The position numbers and the translations under genes were made by a program. A stretch of 64,000 nt of DNA, taken from NCBI GenBank assembly GCA_951406725.2, contig OX597814.1, positions 192,944,001 through 193,008,000 of the forward strand. Reading direction: 5' to 3'. The notes beneath the pieces are model-generated. The model had not been told where the DNA came from, made no database searches, and saw nothing but the letters and a program-made list of their open reading frames with translations. Positions within the stretch are counted from its first letter, which is position 1. Every line of letters starts with the position of its first letter. This stretch comes from Octopus vulgaris (Eukaryota). Shown piece after piece: positions 25,621 through 43,127 of this stretch.

Positions 25621-26329
25621 AAAGCGTAGTTTCCAATTTGTTTTCAATATGGAGGCCTTCTAATAAATACTTATTGGTTATCGTAACGATATTTCAAAAG
25701 CATATGCTGTGTAAGTCTTAGAAGTCAAGTTTATCTCCTAAATAGCAAATGATGATATCATTCTGAAAACTGCATTGAGAACATTCGACGAATCGGACAG
25801 CTTTAGGGCCGTAAAGGCAACATCCAATTCGTGATAGAGAAGGAAAAATTTTTATTTATTTCAATATTTGCTAACCTTAGAGAGAAAAGTTAAGCTACAC
25901 TATAATAATACTAAATCGATTTCTTTCGAGCAGAAAGAATATTCTGGTTGATATCCGTTTCTAGTACCATTTCTAGTTATGCTATTAAACATGTTTGTGT
26001 CTCTCGTAAATTGTTAAATGAAGCTAGCATCTAAATCGGCAGTATAAATTATCACTTCCTGTAAAGATCATTTTGAAAACATACAATAAAATACCAGACT
26101 CACGTAGTTTGAAAAATCGCGAGAGCGAAGGAAAACGGAAATATCAAATTTTAAAATACGTTAAAATATTTTATGATGAAGAACATGACTCCATAATACT
26201 GGAAGTAAACAATATTCAGAGGAAGCCAGTTCAGAGAATAATAGAATATTTATTAGTTTTTATAATTTAATTTGGAATGTAATTTTAGAAGGTATATCGT
26301 TGGACGAGCGATAGATTTAGCTTTATCAT

Positions 26330-26963
26330 AAAATTATAATTCTTTCTAATTTTGGCACGAAACCAGTAATTTTGAAGGAAGCGGTTAAATCGTTTATATC
26401 GAACCCATTACTTAAGTCGTACTTATTTTATCGAGATCGAAAGGATGGAAAGCAACGTAGACTTCGATGGATTTTGAAGTCAGAACGTAAAGAGCCGGAA
26501 GAAATGTCGTTATGCATTTTGTCCGGTGCGGTAACGTCTCTGTCAGCTTACTGCAATAATAATCCTTTCTACTATAGGCACAAGGCCTGAAATTTGGGGG
26601 GAGGGGACCAGTCGATTAGATCGATCCCATAATGCAACTGGTACTTAATTTATCGACCCTGAAAGGATGAAAGGCAAAGTTGACCTCGGCGGAATTTGAA
26701 CTCAGAACGTAACGGCAGATGAAATATCTATTTCTTTACTACCCACAAGGGGCTAAACACAGAAAGGACAAACAAGGACAGACAAACGGATTAAGTCGAT
26801 TATATCGACCCCAGTGCGTAACTGGTACTTATTTAATCGACCCCGAAAGGATGAAAGGCAAAGTCGACCTCGGTGGAATTTGAACTCAGAACGTAGCGGC
26901 AGATGAAATATCACTAAGCATTTCGCCCGGCATGCTAACGATTCTGCCGGCTCACCGCCTTGC

Positions 26964-27006
<43 letters not shown>

Positions 27007-27232
27007 TAATAATAATCTTTTCTACTCTAGGCACAAGGCCCGGAATTTTTGGGGAGGGAGCCAGTCGATTATATCGACTCCAGTACACAACTGGTACTTA
27101 ATTTATCGACCCCGAAAGGATGAAAGGCAAAGTCGACCTCGGCGGAATTTGAACTCAGAACGTAACGGCAGATGAAATACCGCTAAACATTTTGCCCGGT
27201 GTGCTAACGTTTCTGCCAGCTCGCCACCTTGC

Positions 27233-27281
<49 letters not shown>

Positions 27282-27372
27282 GTTTCAAATTTTGGTACAA
27301 GGCCAGCGATTTCGGGGGAAGGGATAAATCGATTACTTTGACCCCCAGCACTCAATTGGAACTTCTTAATCA
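26330..27372 (-). mobile_element. Cluster of family A SINEs separated by (AAT)n: old monomer, dimer 26556-26961, monomer 27010-27230, tail fragment
   Basis: Repeated head, domain and tail blocks, each abutting gcaataataat. Confidence 0.88.
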
Positions 27373-27408
27373 CGCAACCAAGGCTGAGCCTGTAGTATTA
27401 TAGAATTT

Positions 27409-27852
27409 TGATCTTTTCGGTTTGAACGGCAGTTTTTCTAGCGGTGTCATATGAAATTGTCACCCATAATTATGACACTAGTATCGATCTATTGCATTTC
27501 AATCTGTTTTAGGGTTAGGGTTGGTTAGGGTTAGTTAGGGTTAGGGTTAGGGGTTGGGAGAAGGGTATCTTTTTTTCTTCAGAAATGTAAATAAACCCAA
27601 TCTGTTTCTTAAACGAGGGACATATTCATACGGCACAGAATGTTTTCACCTTAATAGACGTCACTGATTGGTTGAAATTGCAGAAATTGAAGAAAAAAAC
27701 AACAACAAATATCTTACAAACTATAGAATTTTCTCAATAAAGCCAAGAGAAAAAGATGTTTTATAAACACGTTCTACCAGTATACGAAGTTTAAAAGTGT
27801 TTAGTTACAAAGAAATTATTTTTAAAAACTGCCGGTCAAACCGAAAAGATGC
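27409..27852. mobile_element. TIR MITE with 8-bp TSD carrying (TTAGGG)n (hAT- or Merlin-type)
   Basis: TIRs gatcttttcggtttgaacggcagttttt / aaaaactgccggtcaaaccgaaaagat; TSD tagaattt at 27401-27408 and 27853-27860. Confidence 0.85.
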
Positions 27853-28090
27853 TAGAATTTTCAAAAGAAGAAAATGAAGAACAATCAACGCTAATTAAAT
27901 AAGCTTGCTATTATTAACTAACAAACTACGACCGTTACTCACAAACGGGGATGCGTAGCACTAGTTTGTACGATGGTTACGCTGATAGTTTTAGATGTCC
28001 ACGTAGTTACGTATAGGAGCTAACACGGACACGCTCTCGTCGTTCCCACTCTTGATCCAGCGAAACATCCAAAATGTGAAAGCTGGAAAA

Positions 28091-28460
28091 TCTATATATA
28101 TAAAGCTGAAGTTGCCTCTGTGTGTGTGTGGCAGGTTTGGCACTATCTCCTCCTAGACCCTGTGGCGCAAGTTGACCAAAATTGAGAGTATGATAGAAGA
28201 AGACTTGCTCTTTATTCCGTAGAAGAAAAAATTCAAATCGGACCATGTTAACACCAAAAATTATTTACATCAAAAAGGTGCTTTTTTTCTATGAAAATCC
28301 CTATTTTTTACGACTTTTTGACCGCTGTGTCGCCATTTTTCGGTGTATTTCAACCAGAAAAAATGTTGATTTAAAGAGAATATCAAGTTACATAATGCAG
28401 TCTGCCGTTTTAAGCGCAACTAAAAAAACAAACCCGAGCAACGTCTGGCTATACTGCTAG
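28091..28460 (+). mobile_element. Non-autonomous Helitron family H1
   Basis: a|TC...CTAG|t, with a 3' hairpin. Confidence 0.88.
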
Positions 28461-28593
28461 TAGGAGACAAAGTTGAGTGTGGTGGGATAGGAACTCGGAG
28501 TGTAGAGCCGGAAAACGCATCCTGTTTGATGTTTTAACGACTCGGCCAGTCGACTGCCATTTTGATTTAAATATAAACCCGCATATAAACACG

Positions 28594-28665
<72 letters not shown>

Positions 28666-29586
28666 AACGCGCGTACACAAGCATCAATTGCACGCTCATG
28701 CACACACATTTATGCATACACTTACACACGTACGCACACATACTCTACACATACTCTCATACTCTCATACTCATTCATACACTCACACACGTGAGAACAC
28801 TTCTATTAGATGTACAAACACACTGACAAATCTGTGCTCGATAAATTATTCAGAGAATCTGATACGAACGCTGTCTCTTTGTTTCAGATTTACTCAAGTC
28901 GCATTTAGCAGGTTTATTTAATATTCGTAGACGGATTATTTGTATAGAAACACATTCTGAAGTTCTAAGGACAGAATCAAATCACAATATCATAATACCA
29001 AAACATAGATCACAAGGGAGAGATAAATAATCATGTCTTGCTTGGAAACCAATTCCAGTTGCTAAACTGGTGACACATCTCTTGGTAATATAATAGATGT
29101 TTGTCAATCATCATATTGACGTTGGTAATTATCTTATCAGCGAATTCTTCACAAAGAAAGTGAAACGTCAGTAATTAGATTCTTAGAACAGGCTGATCTT
29201 ATATTTAAATTTGTTGATCGCCATCTTAAATTGCAGAGTCATAAAAGCCGTGAAGTATATATAGCTATAACAAGTCGGCACTGGATGTAGTTGCACTACA
29301 TCTGAATAGAAAGATGATGGTATTTACGGGGGGTTTATTAGGCGGAAAGCTTTGATTGTTTAGAAAGTATTTACTAGGGCCAATCAGAAATTTTGTTCCC
29401 GCACAGACAGAAGGAATGAAAGTAGAAATACAAATACAAAGTTAAGTGAGACCAACTATAGGCGTCCAACTAAAACTACTGACCTATATAGATGAAAAAC
29501 TATAATCCTGGGACCTATGTATACATGTATATAATATATATATAATTATATTTGTATATAATATATATATACATATATATATGTAC

Positions 29587-29650
<64 letters not shown>

Positions 29651-29692
29651 ATGTAATACACACACACGCATATATATATATACATATGTATA

Positions 29693-29737
<45 letters not shown>

Positions 29738-29745
29738 TTATATAA

Positions 29746-29800
<55 letters not shown>

Positions 29801-30118
29801 TACATATATATATATATGTACCAACAAACAATCTCGCTATAAACCGTATACAGTAGAACAATGTCAGTAAGTTGATGCGACGAAAACTTTGATACCCAAT
29901 AAATATTAAGGTGAATAAAAAAGTGACGGTAACAGGTGTTTCGCATGTTTTTGAATGGTTGCGTTTTAGTTTGAACACGCGGTCCCAGATCATATCACTT
30001 GTCTGGGAAAGTGCACCTCCCAAATAGTTATAAAGCAAACCATTTTCCGAAGGAAATGAAATCTGAACTTTGAATTTATATGTAAGAAAATGATATTGAT
30101 ATGAAGGAGTGGTAAGTA

Positions 30119-30515
30119 TAGGCGTATGAATGGCTGTGTGGTAAGTATTTTTCTTACGAACCACATGGTTCCGGGTTCAGTCCCACTGCGTGGCATCTTG
30201 GGCAAGTGTCTTCTACTATAGCCTCGGGCCGACCAAAGCCTTGTGAGTGGATTTGGTAGACGGAAACTGTAAAGAAGCCCTTCGTATATATGTATATATG
30301 TATGTGTGTGTGTATATGTTTGTGTGTCTGTGTTTGTCCCCCCAACATCGCTTGACAACCGATGCTGGTGTGTTTACGTCCCCGTAACAATAGCGGTTCG
30401 GCAAAAGAAACCGTTAGAATAAGTCCTGGGGTCGATTTTGTCGACTAAAAACGGTGCTCCGGCATGGCCACAGTCAAATGACTGAAACAAGCAAAAGAGT
30501 AAATGAGTAAAAGAG
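30119..30515 (+). mobile_element. SINE family B
   Basis: Colinear with 5991-6399. Confidence 0.9.
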
Positions 30516-30530
30516 CAAGTGATTATAGAA

Positions 30531-30795
30531 GGCGGCGAGCTGGTAGAATTGTTTGCACGCCAGGAGAAATGCTTAGCGGCATTTTCGTCCGTCTTTACAT
30601 TCTGAGTTCAATTTCCACCGGGGTCGACTTTGCCTTTCATCCTTTCGGGGTCATTAGAATTTGCAGATGGATTCTCAAGCGTGACCGACTGAGATTATGG
30701 AGGGTTGTTCTTGGTACCAGTTGAGAAGTGAGGTCGATGTAATTGAGGTACTCCCTCATCGAAATTGCTGGCCACATACCAAAATTTGAAACCCA
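30531..30795 (+). mobile_element. Older family A SINE carrying a 65-bp RTE-derived insert
   Basis: Head ggcggcgagctgg; 30651-30715 matches 31628-31692. Confidence 0.8.
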
Positions 30796-30937
30796 CATGA
30801 AAGATTACAGTTATTCTGTTGATAAATCCCGTATTGTAGTTAGTGTTTAGCACCAGGTCAAGTCTAATCAAGCAGAATTGCGATCGTGTCGTGACCATCC
30901 TACCTTATTTTCAGACACAGTATGTATATTCAGGACT

Positions 30938-31242
30938 GTGGAGGCGCAATGGCCCAGTGGTTAGGGCAGCGGACTCGCGGTCGGAGGATCGCGGTTTCGA
31001 TTCCCAGATCGGGGGTTGTGTGTGTTTATTGAGCGAAAACACCTAAAGCTACACCGGCAGGGGGTGTTGGCGACCCCGGTTGTACACTTTCGCCCCAACT
31101 TTCTCTCACTCTTTCTTCCTGTTTCTTGAGTAACGCTGTGATGGACTGGCGTCCCGTCCAGCTGCGGGGAACACATGCGCCATAGAAACCGGGAAACCGG
31201 GCCCGTGAGCCTGGCTAGGCTTGAGAAAGGCGCATAAATAAA
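30938..31242 (+). mobile_element. SINE family C (tRNA head, V-domain-like block)
   Basis: gtggaggcgcaatggcccagtggttaggg head; ctgtgatggactggcgtcccgtccag; tail shared with C2. Confidence 0.88.
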
Positions 31243-31529
31243 TCAAATATTCAGGACTGTATTGAGCAATGGTCCTACTGTTTTTAAGATGGTAAATAGT
31301 GATTTGAGGGGAATTTAGTTGTAGGTCGAGTCAACGCATTGAAGTCACTTCGTTAATTTGTTGACATAACAGTTGTTATTGTTGTTCAGCTCCAAGTCAG
31401 CTTACCCATGAAGGGCTATGATGAAAAGCGTTCCAGCTTCAAAAAATCCAATATGCTTTTTTCCACTCATAGTGTTTTTAGGACCCCATGATGGCGTTAA
31501 ATAGGGCGACAGAATAGATCCACCACTCA

Positions 31530-32460
31530 ATTTCATTTATCCATTTCCTCCGTCCACTATTTCTAGAAGGGTTGTATGGGTAGATTCCTCAGGCACCTCT
31601 TTCATAAGGTCTTATCAGAAGCAACCATCATTAGAATTTGCAGACGGATTCTCAAGCGTGACCGACTGAGACCATACATAGTTGTTCTTGGTCCACCTCG
31701 AGGTCTTCTACTGGTTGGCTCGGTTTCAAGAATCTATCTTGCGATTCTTTCTTCAGACGTTCGAATCACACGTCCTTAGTACCGGAGCTGTGACCTTTCA
31801 ATGCGGATGAGTAACAGCTTAATCTGGAGAAACTCCCTGATCTCCAAGCTGCCTCTTACTCCAGATATTCTTCAGAAGAACCCCATTTCGGCCACTGGTA
31901 GTCACGGATGGTACTCTTTTGGTCATTATCCAACATTCATGACCATAGGTGAAGATTGGCACGAAAATCGAATTGAGAATAGCAAGACTGGATTTCTTTT
32001 TATCAACCCCTCCTTTTCTGAGGACTGAATGCTGAAGGTGGTGCATTGCTCTGCCAGCATCTGCAGTTCTAGCATCCAATTCTGCCTCCTGCCATCCACC
32101 GCTCGTACATATGGAAGCACATGGCCTAGTGGTTAGAGCAGTGGACTCGCGGTCGAGGGATCGCGGGTTCGAATCTCAGACCGGGTGATGTGTGTATTTA
32201 TGAGCGAAGCACCTAAGCTCCACGCGGCTCCGGCAGAAGGTAATGGCGAACTTCTGCTCACTCTTTCGCCACAACTTTCTCTCACTCTTTCCTCCTGCAT
32301 CTTGCAGCTCACCTGCGACGAACCGGCGTCCTGTCCAGGTGGGGAACCTATACAAAAAAGGAAACCGGGAAGTCGGATCTTATGAGCCAGGCGTGGCTCG
32401 AAAAGGAACAAACAACTAACCGCTCGTGCATACGTCCCCAAGATATTTACTTGTGGTATC
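31530..32460 (-). pseudogene. RTE-clade LINE 3' RT remnant (Expander/Rex3-like), split by a SINE
   Basis: Minus-strand fragments KYLG..TSGG, ELDART..A, LNSIFVPIFTYGHECWIMT, IERSQLR.LGRVIR, RRPRG.PRTT. Confidence 0.85.
32112..32418 (+). mobile_element. SINE family C variant
   Basis: tRNA head; 14-bp TSD accgctcgt(a/g)cata at 32098-32111 and 32419-32432. Confidence 0.88.
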
Positions 32461-32847
32461 CATATCGATAGAGACATCAACACACAGAGAAGAATGGAAT
32501 CTTCGGATGGAGCTCATTGTTTAATCACATAAATAAGTATGCACACACACACGCACACACAAATGTAAGCATACATCATCACAAGTATTGAAGCTGGCAA
32601 AAATACACACACACAATGGATATATATATACACACATACAAACAGCTTAGGCTAATCTTAAGAAAACAACATTTTTTTCTGACTCAAACATTATTTATAG
32701 CTCTTTCTCTTTTTCCTCATGTATATTTTAAATTAAATTATAAACACAGAATGAAAGGGTATTCATTATAGAGAATGACGTAGGGAGGTGCGTGAGTTGA
32801 TTAACTATATACTGTGGAGACACAAGTTAATTATTTTTCACCACACA

Positions 32848-32918
<71 letters not shown>

Positions 32919-33008
32919 TTCTCTCTCATCCCCTCTCTCTAACTCTCAGTCTGTCTGTCTGTCTGTCTATCCAGTAATCTGTCTGTCTGTCCGTCCGTCC
33001 GTCCGTCC

Positions 33009-33097
<89 letters not shown>

Positions 33098-33197
33098 CTT
33101 CTCTCTCATCCCCTCTCTCTAACTCTCAGTCTGTCTGTCTGTCTGTCTATCCAGTAATCTGTCTGTCTGTCCGTCCGTCCGTCCGTCCGTCTATCTA

Positions 33198-33282
<85 letters not shown>

Positions 33283-33390
33283 TTGTCTGTCTTTCTGTCT
33301 ATCTCTCCCTTTGACTATCTATCTATCTGTCTGTCTGTCTACCAACCTCTCTTTTTCTTTCTCTCTCTCTCTCTCACTCTCTTTCTCTCC
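32848..33390. repeat. (TATC)/(TGTC)/(CGTC) compound repeat with a 180-bp tandem duplication
   Basis: ctctctcatcccctctctctaactctcagtctg occurs at 32921 and 33101. Confidence 0.92.
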
Positions 33391-33797
33391 CTCTTTTCCC
33401 CATGGAAAACGACAATGATGATTGTTAACTTGTTCAGATTTTTCGCGGAATTAAACTCGCTTTCCATAAACGAGCAATTCCCTAGAAATAATAGCCGACC
33501 AATAAAATCTGTTGACTTCTAACTGTTGTCCATAAATCAAGAGAAATGTTAGTTTTCTAGAAGCAGCCGTAAGAGCGGAGAGAGTGTGCGTGGAGAAGAT
33601 CAAGGGAGGATGAGAGTAAAAAAAAATGAGATAAGTGAAAACTGCTATTAATGATAATAGTAATATTGATAGCAGCGAGGATATAACAACAGAGATAATG
33701 ATATAGTAAAAAGAATATGGCAGTATCCTTCACGGCAAGATATATATATCAGCCTTATCAAATCAATGGTGGGATTTTAAATTTCCCTTGTAAAATG

Positions 33798-33850
<53 letters not shown>

Positions 33851-33934
33851 TAATTCATAATCGTGAGTCCGATAATATAGATTTTGTCTTGCCCGAGTTC
33901 TCCGTCATACATATATGCATACACATGAACAAAC

Positions 33935-34571
33935 TCTTATATAAAATCCGAAGATGCAGATTGAACGACCGTGTTGATATTTCTTTGTTGACCCGATATG
34001 AAGCGACCACGAGGCAAATATCTATTATATAAAATCCGTTCTGTCTGTCTGTGTGTGTGTCTGCTAGGATCTCGGTCATCCTCCATCCGATTCCGTTCAA
34101 ATTTGATATGTAGATATCGACGGTATCAGGACGTGTATAAGTCTTGAAAAAATTACAAAAATCGATTCCAGGTGAGAATGCGATCGATGAAGCCGTTTTT
34201 GTCCTGCTTTTCTTCCGTCAACCTGTACATAACTGTACCTTCCATTTTTTGCTGTTTTTGTACTGCTTAAAGGCGCGTTTCTTTCCTGCCAAGCTTACTG
34301 TTTAAACCATGTTTGTGTTCTCCCAGTCAACAGCCTTATCATTACTGGTAATTTAAACTCTTCGGTTGCATATTTGTGTGAATAAAATCGTTTTTCTTTG
34401 GAATAGAAAAAAGTCTATCTTTATTTCTTTTGCTGGTGTCTCAAATTTAGGTTAAATCAGTGTTTCTTAAAGGGGAGGCCTATGGGACGGTCGGACAAGT
34501 TATTTTGAGGAAATTTGGCTTAAATGTTTGACAACTCAGCACCGTCCATTGGACGGGGGGCGTTTTGCTCG
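33935..34571 (+). mobile_element. Helitron family H2 deletion derivative with two tandem 5' termini
   Basis: TCttatataaaatccg at 33935 and TCtattatataaaatccg at 34021; 3' hairpin plus CTCG|t. Confidence 0.75.
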
Positions 34572-34729
34572 TATTTATGTATACATACGTGGCCTGATCA
34601 ATAAATATCCGGAATGTTGCTGTAGTAACGAGGCTAAAGCACGCAGAGTAAAGCCGCTTGGCACAAATTGACTTTAAACTCTGCTGTGCACGTGCACTAA
34701 GTTTTACTGTTCTAGCTCACTTCCGCTGC

Positions 34730-34782
<53 letters not shown>

Positions 34783-34794
34783 CACACACATAAC

Positions 34795-34955
34795 AAGCTT
34801 CTTTCAGTTTCCGTCTGCCAAATCCACTCACAAGGCTTTGGTCGGCCCGAGGCTATAGTAGAAGACACTTGCCCAAGGTGCCACGCAGTAGGACTGAACC
34901 CGGAACTATGTGGTTGGTAAAAAAGCTACTTACCGCACAGCCACCCCTATGCCTA
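34795..34955 (-). mobile_element. SINE family B head half
   Basis: Reverse complement of the family B 5' region. Confidence 0.85.
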
Positions 34956-34982
34956 TACTTATAAATATGTGCACGTAAATGT

Positions 34983-35021
<39 letters not shown>

Positions 35022-35396
35022 CTCTCTGTCTGTGTTTCTATCTGTCTGTCTATCTCTTTCTCTCTATCTACACACTCACATATACACGCACACACACATA
35101 CTGTATACATACACACAAATATAAGTAAATTTATGCCGATAATAACACTTTTCCTCTGACACCTTAGATTATTTTCAATATTATATTTGATAGAGGGAAG
35201 CTTTCCCGAAATATAATAGAAGCACTATCCAACTTATGTAGGGTAATATAATATCTTGTCTTTGTTTATTGACATCACCTTACATGTTTTCCTCACCTGC
35301 GTTACTTAAAGGTCTTGTTCAAAATATATCATTCATGCATTTAAATTCTTCAAGCAAATTACAGTGCTCTTTTTTGCTTTTGTATGTGTGTGTGTA

Positions 35397-35464
<68 letters not shown>

Positions 35465-36009
35465 CTTGTGTGTGTGTTTGTACAAACACACATATATGTA
35501 TGCAAACATACACTTATATGTACACAAACATGCATATATACATATACAGAAGTATATACATATACAGAAGTATATACAGAGGATTTAAAAACATCGGTGA
35601 ATAACATACACTACAGAATACTCCACAAAAATATATGATTAATATGTAGTGCTATGCATAATAGCATAGTGCTGAGATAAACACTGACAACATACATTCA
35701 TCACGAACAAAATAACACCAGACTGATGACATGGATCTGACGATAAAGATGCTCTGTCGGTAAAGTCTTCACAAATCATATCGGTCGCTGTGTCTGTTAT
35801 AGAAAGTCGGCATCACACGCCAACATTACTTCACACTGAAGATGAGACTATGAAGGATTAAAAACACTGATGATGTAGTTATAGATCTCCCTGCTCCGAA
35901 TAGAGTGCAAGGAATCACACACACGCGAGGAATCACACACACGCAAGGAATCACACACACACACACAGAGGCACACACAGACACACACAGGCACACACAC
36001 ACACACACG

Positions 36010-36057
<48 letters not shown>

Positions 36058-36080
36058 GAGAAACCTGCACATATATATAT

Positions 36081-36589
36081 TGTGACCCCCTTCGGTCATG
36101 AATGACCATGGGATTGCGCCTAGAAAGTTCCCCTCCGAGGCACAAGTCTGGGCAATACTGTTTATGGAAGACCAGCAGTCACCCACGCATACCAGCCTCC
36201 CCTCTCCACACCACCAATGTTATCCAAGGGAAAGGCAACGGCCGATACAGCTTGGCACCAGTAATGTTGCAGCTCATTTATTAACGTGCAAGTGGCTGAG
36301 CACTCCACAGACACGTGTACCCTTAACGTAGTTCTCGGGGATATTCAGCGTGACACAGAGTGTGACAAGGCCGGCCCTTTGAAATACAGGTACAACAGAA
36401 ACAGGAAGAAAGAGTGAGAGAAAGTTGTGGTGAAAGAGTACAGCAGGGTTCACCACCACCCACTGCCGGAGCCTCGTGGAGCTTTAGGTGTTTTCGCTCA
36501 ATAAACACTCACAACGCCCGGTCTGGGAATCGAAACCGCGATCCTATGACCGCGAGTCCACTGCCCTAACCACTGGGCCATTGCGCTTC

Positions 36590-36591
<2 letters not shown>
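36081..36591 (-). mobile_element. SINE family C, long form with tail X
   Basis: Head and body are shared with 58863-59346, but the 3' ~200 bp differ. Confidence 0.85.
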
Positions 36592-36620
<29 letters not shown>

Positions 36621-37419
36621 GTATATATGCATATACATACAGGTTACTCTTTGTGTGTGTCTGTCTCTGAATGCACTCCCTGTATCTCTCTCCCTCTCTC
36701 TCCCTCCCCCCTCTCACTCTCGCCGCTGCCACAAATACATATATATATATATATATGCATGTATACACACATACACAGACACACATACGCGAACATGCAG
36801 GTATCCACATACACAGACATAAGTGTGTGTGTAGTTATCTGCATGTACAACGTGATTAATTACACACACACTCACACACACACACACACATACACACACA
36901 TACACACACACACTTACGCAGATATGCAGATATCCACACACATACATACAGAGGCGCGCATGTGTAGTTGTGTGCGTGTGTAACGTAATTAATTAATATT
37001 TCCGAGCGGCGGTGGCTGTATGCCGTACGTCATATTTCGTCGTTTCTATTCCATTAACTTCCGATGAACTTTTCACCTCTTGAAAAAAAGTAACGTCTTC
37101 TAAACATCAACGTTGCTTGCGGGAGTTTCATTTCGGTGTCAGAGGACGACAAAAGAAAAAAAAAAAAAGAAAAGAAAAAAAAAAGAAAAAAAGGAAATTA
37201 CTTTACCTGTCTTGCTGTATAAGATGCGCTTATAATCTCGAGCTAGTAATGTGGTCTAAATAAACATTCGCGCAAATCGATTTTTTTTCACCCTCCTATT
37301 GTGATTTTCCCATCTTATTTTCTTTATTATTTCAAAAAAAAAAAAAAAAAGAAAAAAGAAAGTTTCTTAGCAAGCAATCGTTAAATAGGGCCTCCTAGTG
37401 TGTTTTCTGAATGGAAATA

Positions 37420-41165
<3,746 letters not shown>

Positions 41166-42169
41166 TGTGACTGTGTTTGTGTTGTTTATTACGAACCCTG
41201 AGGATCTTGATGTGATCATCTATATCTATCAATGCTGCAATCGGCTCAGCATGATTCCGCAGCCGAGCGACACTGCTTGGTAGTACTTTTAGGGAGTTTT
41301 TTTTGTTGTTTTTCTTGTGTTCAGATGGAATGAATTTATTTTGATATTATTTCATACACGTATTTGAGCACTTGGACAGAAATATTTATGACTCCAAAAG
41401 ATGCAATACATGCATACAAACATACTTACATCCAAGCAAACACACGCCTGCATACGCGCGCGTACACATACATACATACACATACGTGTGTGTGTGTGTA
41501 TGTGATTGCACATCGCTCTTTACGCATCTATAAGTATATATGATAAGACCTGTTTGCAATAAATAGATAAATAAATAAGTAAATAATGAATAAGAGAAAC
41601 ATGGACGTGAAAAAAAAAATTGGAGAAAGGAATGAGAGGAAAGCTTTAAGTAGTGACAGAAAAACAGTGAGAAAGGAAAAGTAGAAAAATCAGTGAATTA
41701 GAAAGAGGGAGGTATAGACTGGACGAAAGAGAGTGAGAGAGAGAGAGCGAGAGTGAGAGGGGGGGGAAGTGAAAGTGAAAGTAGAATCTGACGTTATAAG
41801 ATGCAAACTCGGTTGTAATAAAAATGAATGTGTGTTGTTTATTTGTATGATGTCTGTCTAACGGTTTTACGTCACCCCTACCAACCAACAGAGAAAAATG
41901 AAGAAATATATATTTTCTTCGTTGAAGCATATTATTGGAGACAGAAAATGCTTCCCTTTGCCATTTACCAAACGTCAGGAAGATTATTTCTCTCAAGACT
42001 TCCTTTCGCGGTAATCTGTTTTCTTCCAAATTCTCCCGCTACACACGCACACACACACACGCACACACACGCACACGCACACACACACACACATAAAATG
42101 AAGCAGGAGCATATTCATTCATTAACTCTCGATCGATTTTGTTTGTCCCTAAAACAGTCAATAATAACG

Positions 42170-42230
<61 letters not shown>

Positions 42231-42424
42231 TTTAAATTTTTGCCACTAGGGCAGTTTGGGGAGGAGATTAAGTCAATTAAATCGACCCCAGTACGTAACT
42301 GGTAGTTATTTAATCGACCTCGAAAGGACGAAAGGTGAAGTCGACCTTAGCGGAATTTGAACTCAGAACGTAGCGCAGACGAAATACTGCTAAGCATTTT
42401 GCCTGGCGTGCTAACCGAATAATA

Positions 42425-42696
42425 GTAATAATAATAACAACAACCAGGTTCGAGAAATATGTCAGAATTGACATGAGGGCAGGGCAAGTCCCCAAAACTG
42501 TTCTACTGTGGACAGCTAAGTCTTTGAGATTGGTGCTTGGGCGTTGAATGTCTTCCACGATAAGTTAACATCCAAGTACCAAAACTTATAGTTTGCGAAA
42601 AGAGACCCTGTGAGACCTCTGACAACAGGTTGCTGTCTGCTCCCACAGAATCAATCAGAGCAACACTGAGAGCTCTGAGAGGTAAAATAATAATAA
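42425..42696 (+). pseudogene. R4/Dong-type (RLE) LINE extreme 3' fragment in (AAT)n
   Basis: Translates TTRFEKYVRIDMRAGQVPKTVLLWTAKSLRLVL*, resembling the RLE-LINE C-terminus QK..LLGTA.I.R.VL; followed by a 3' UTR and (AAT)n. Confidence 0.6.
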
Positions 42697-43054
42697 CAAG
42701 AGCACCCAGAGAGCGCAAACCTCCGCCATGGCAATACCAACATCCTCTCAACGATCCGCCAGAGATAATTTTTAAAATGAGAATATCTAAAATAAACTCG
42801 ACTGCTCGCACAAACGAGAATACTAAAAATGAATCCAACCGCTCTCAAAAATTAAAAAAAAAAGCAGGAAAAATAATCAGAATCCTTATCCGGTACCGGA
42901 TCGATCCCCAAATTTAATCGGTTCGTGCCAGTCACGAGGTCGAAAATCCCTGAAAGTTTCATCCGAATCCAACCAGTGGTTCTTGAGATATCTTGCCCAC
43001 GGACATACAATCACGGCTGAAAACAATACCTCCGCCTTAGCAAAGGCGGAGGTA
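42697..43054 (-). mobile_element. Helentron-associated non-autonomous element (HINE/DINE-1-like)
   Basis: 5' palindrome tacctccgcctt-agc-aaaggcggaggta, repeated subTIR acctccgcc near the other end, 3' stem-loop, T-rich flanks. Confidence 0.75.
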
Positions 43055-43063
43055 ATAATAATG

Positions 43064-43127
<64 letters not shown>

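Noticed and set aside
27508-27560. Telomere or chromosome-fusion scar
   Set aside because: The TTAGGG repeats lie inside a TIR element with a TSD that is present twice in the window.
30938-31015. tRNA gene (also 14473, 32112, 36520, 58479)
   Set aside because: A and B boxes are present, but the sequence continues into a SINE body with TSDs and has no proper acceptor stem.
35180-35225. Hammerhead-like ttgatagagggaagctttcccgaaa (similarly 12632-12652, 35866-35906, 49765-49805)
   Set aside because: One or more stems or core bases are missing, so these cannot be distinguished from chance or decay.
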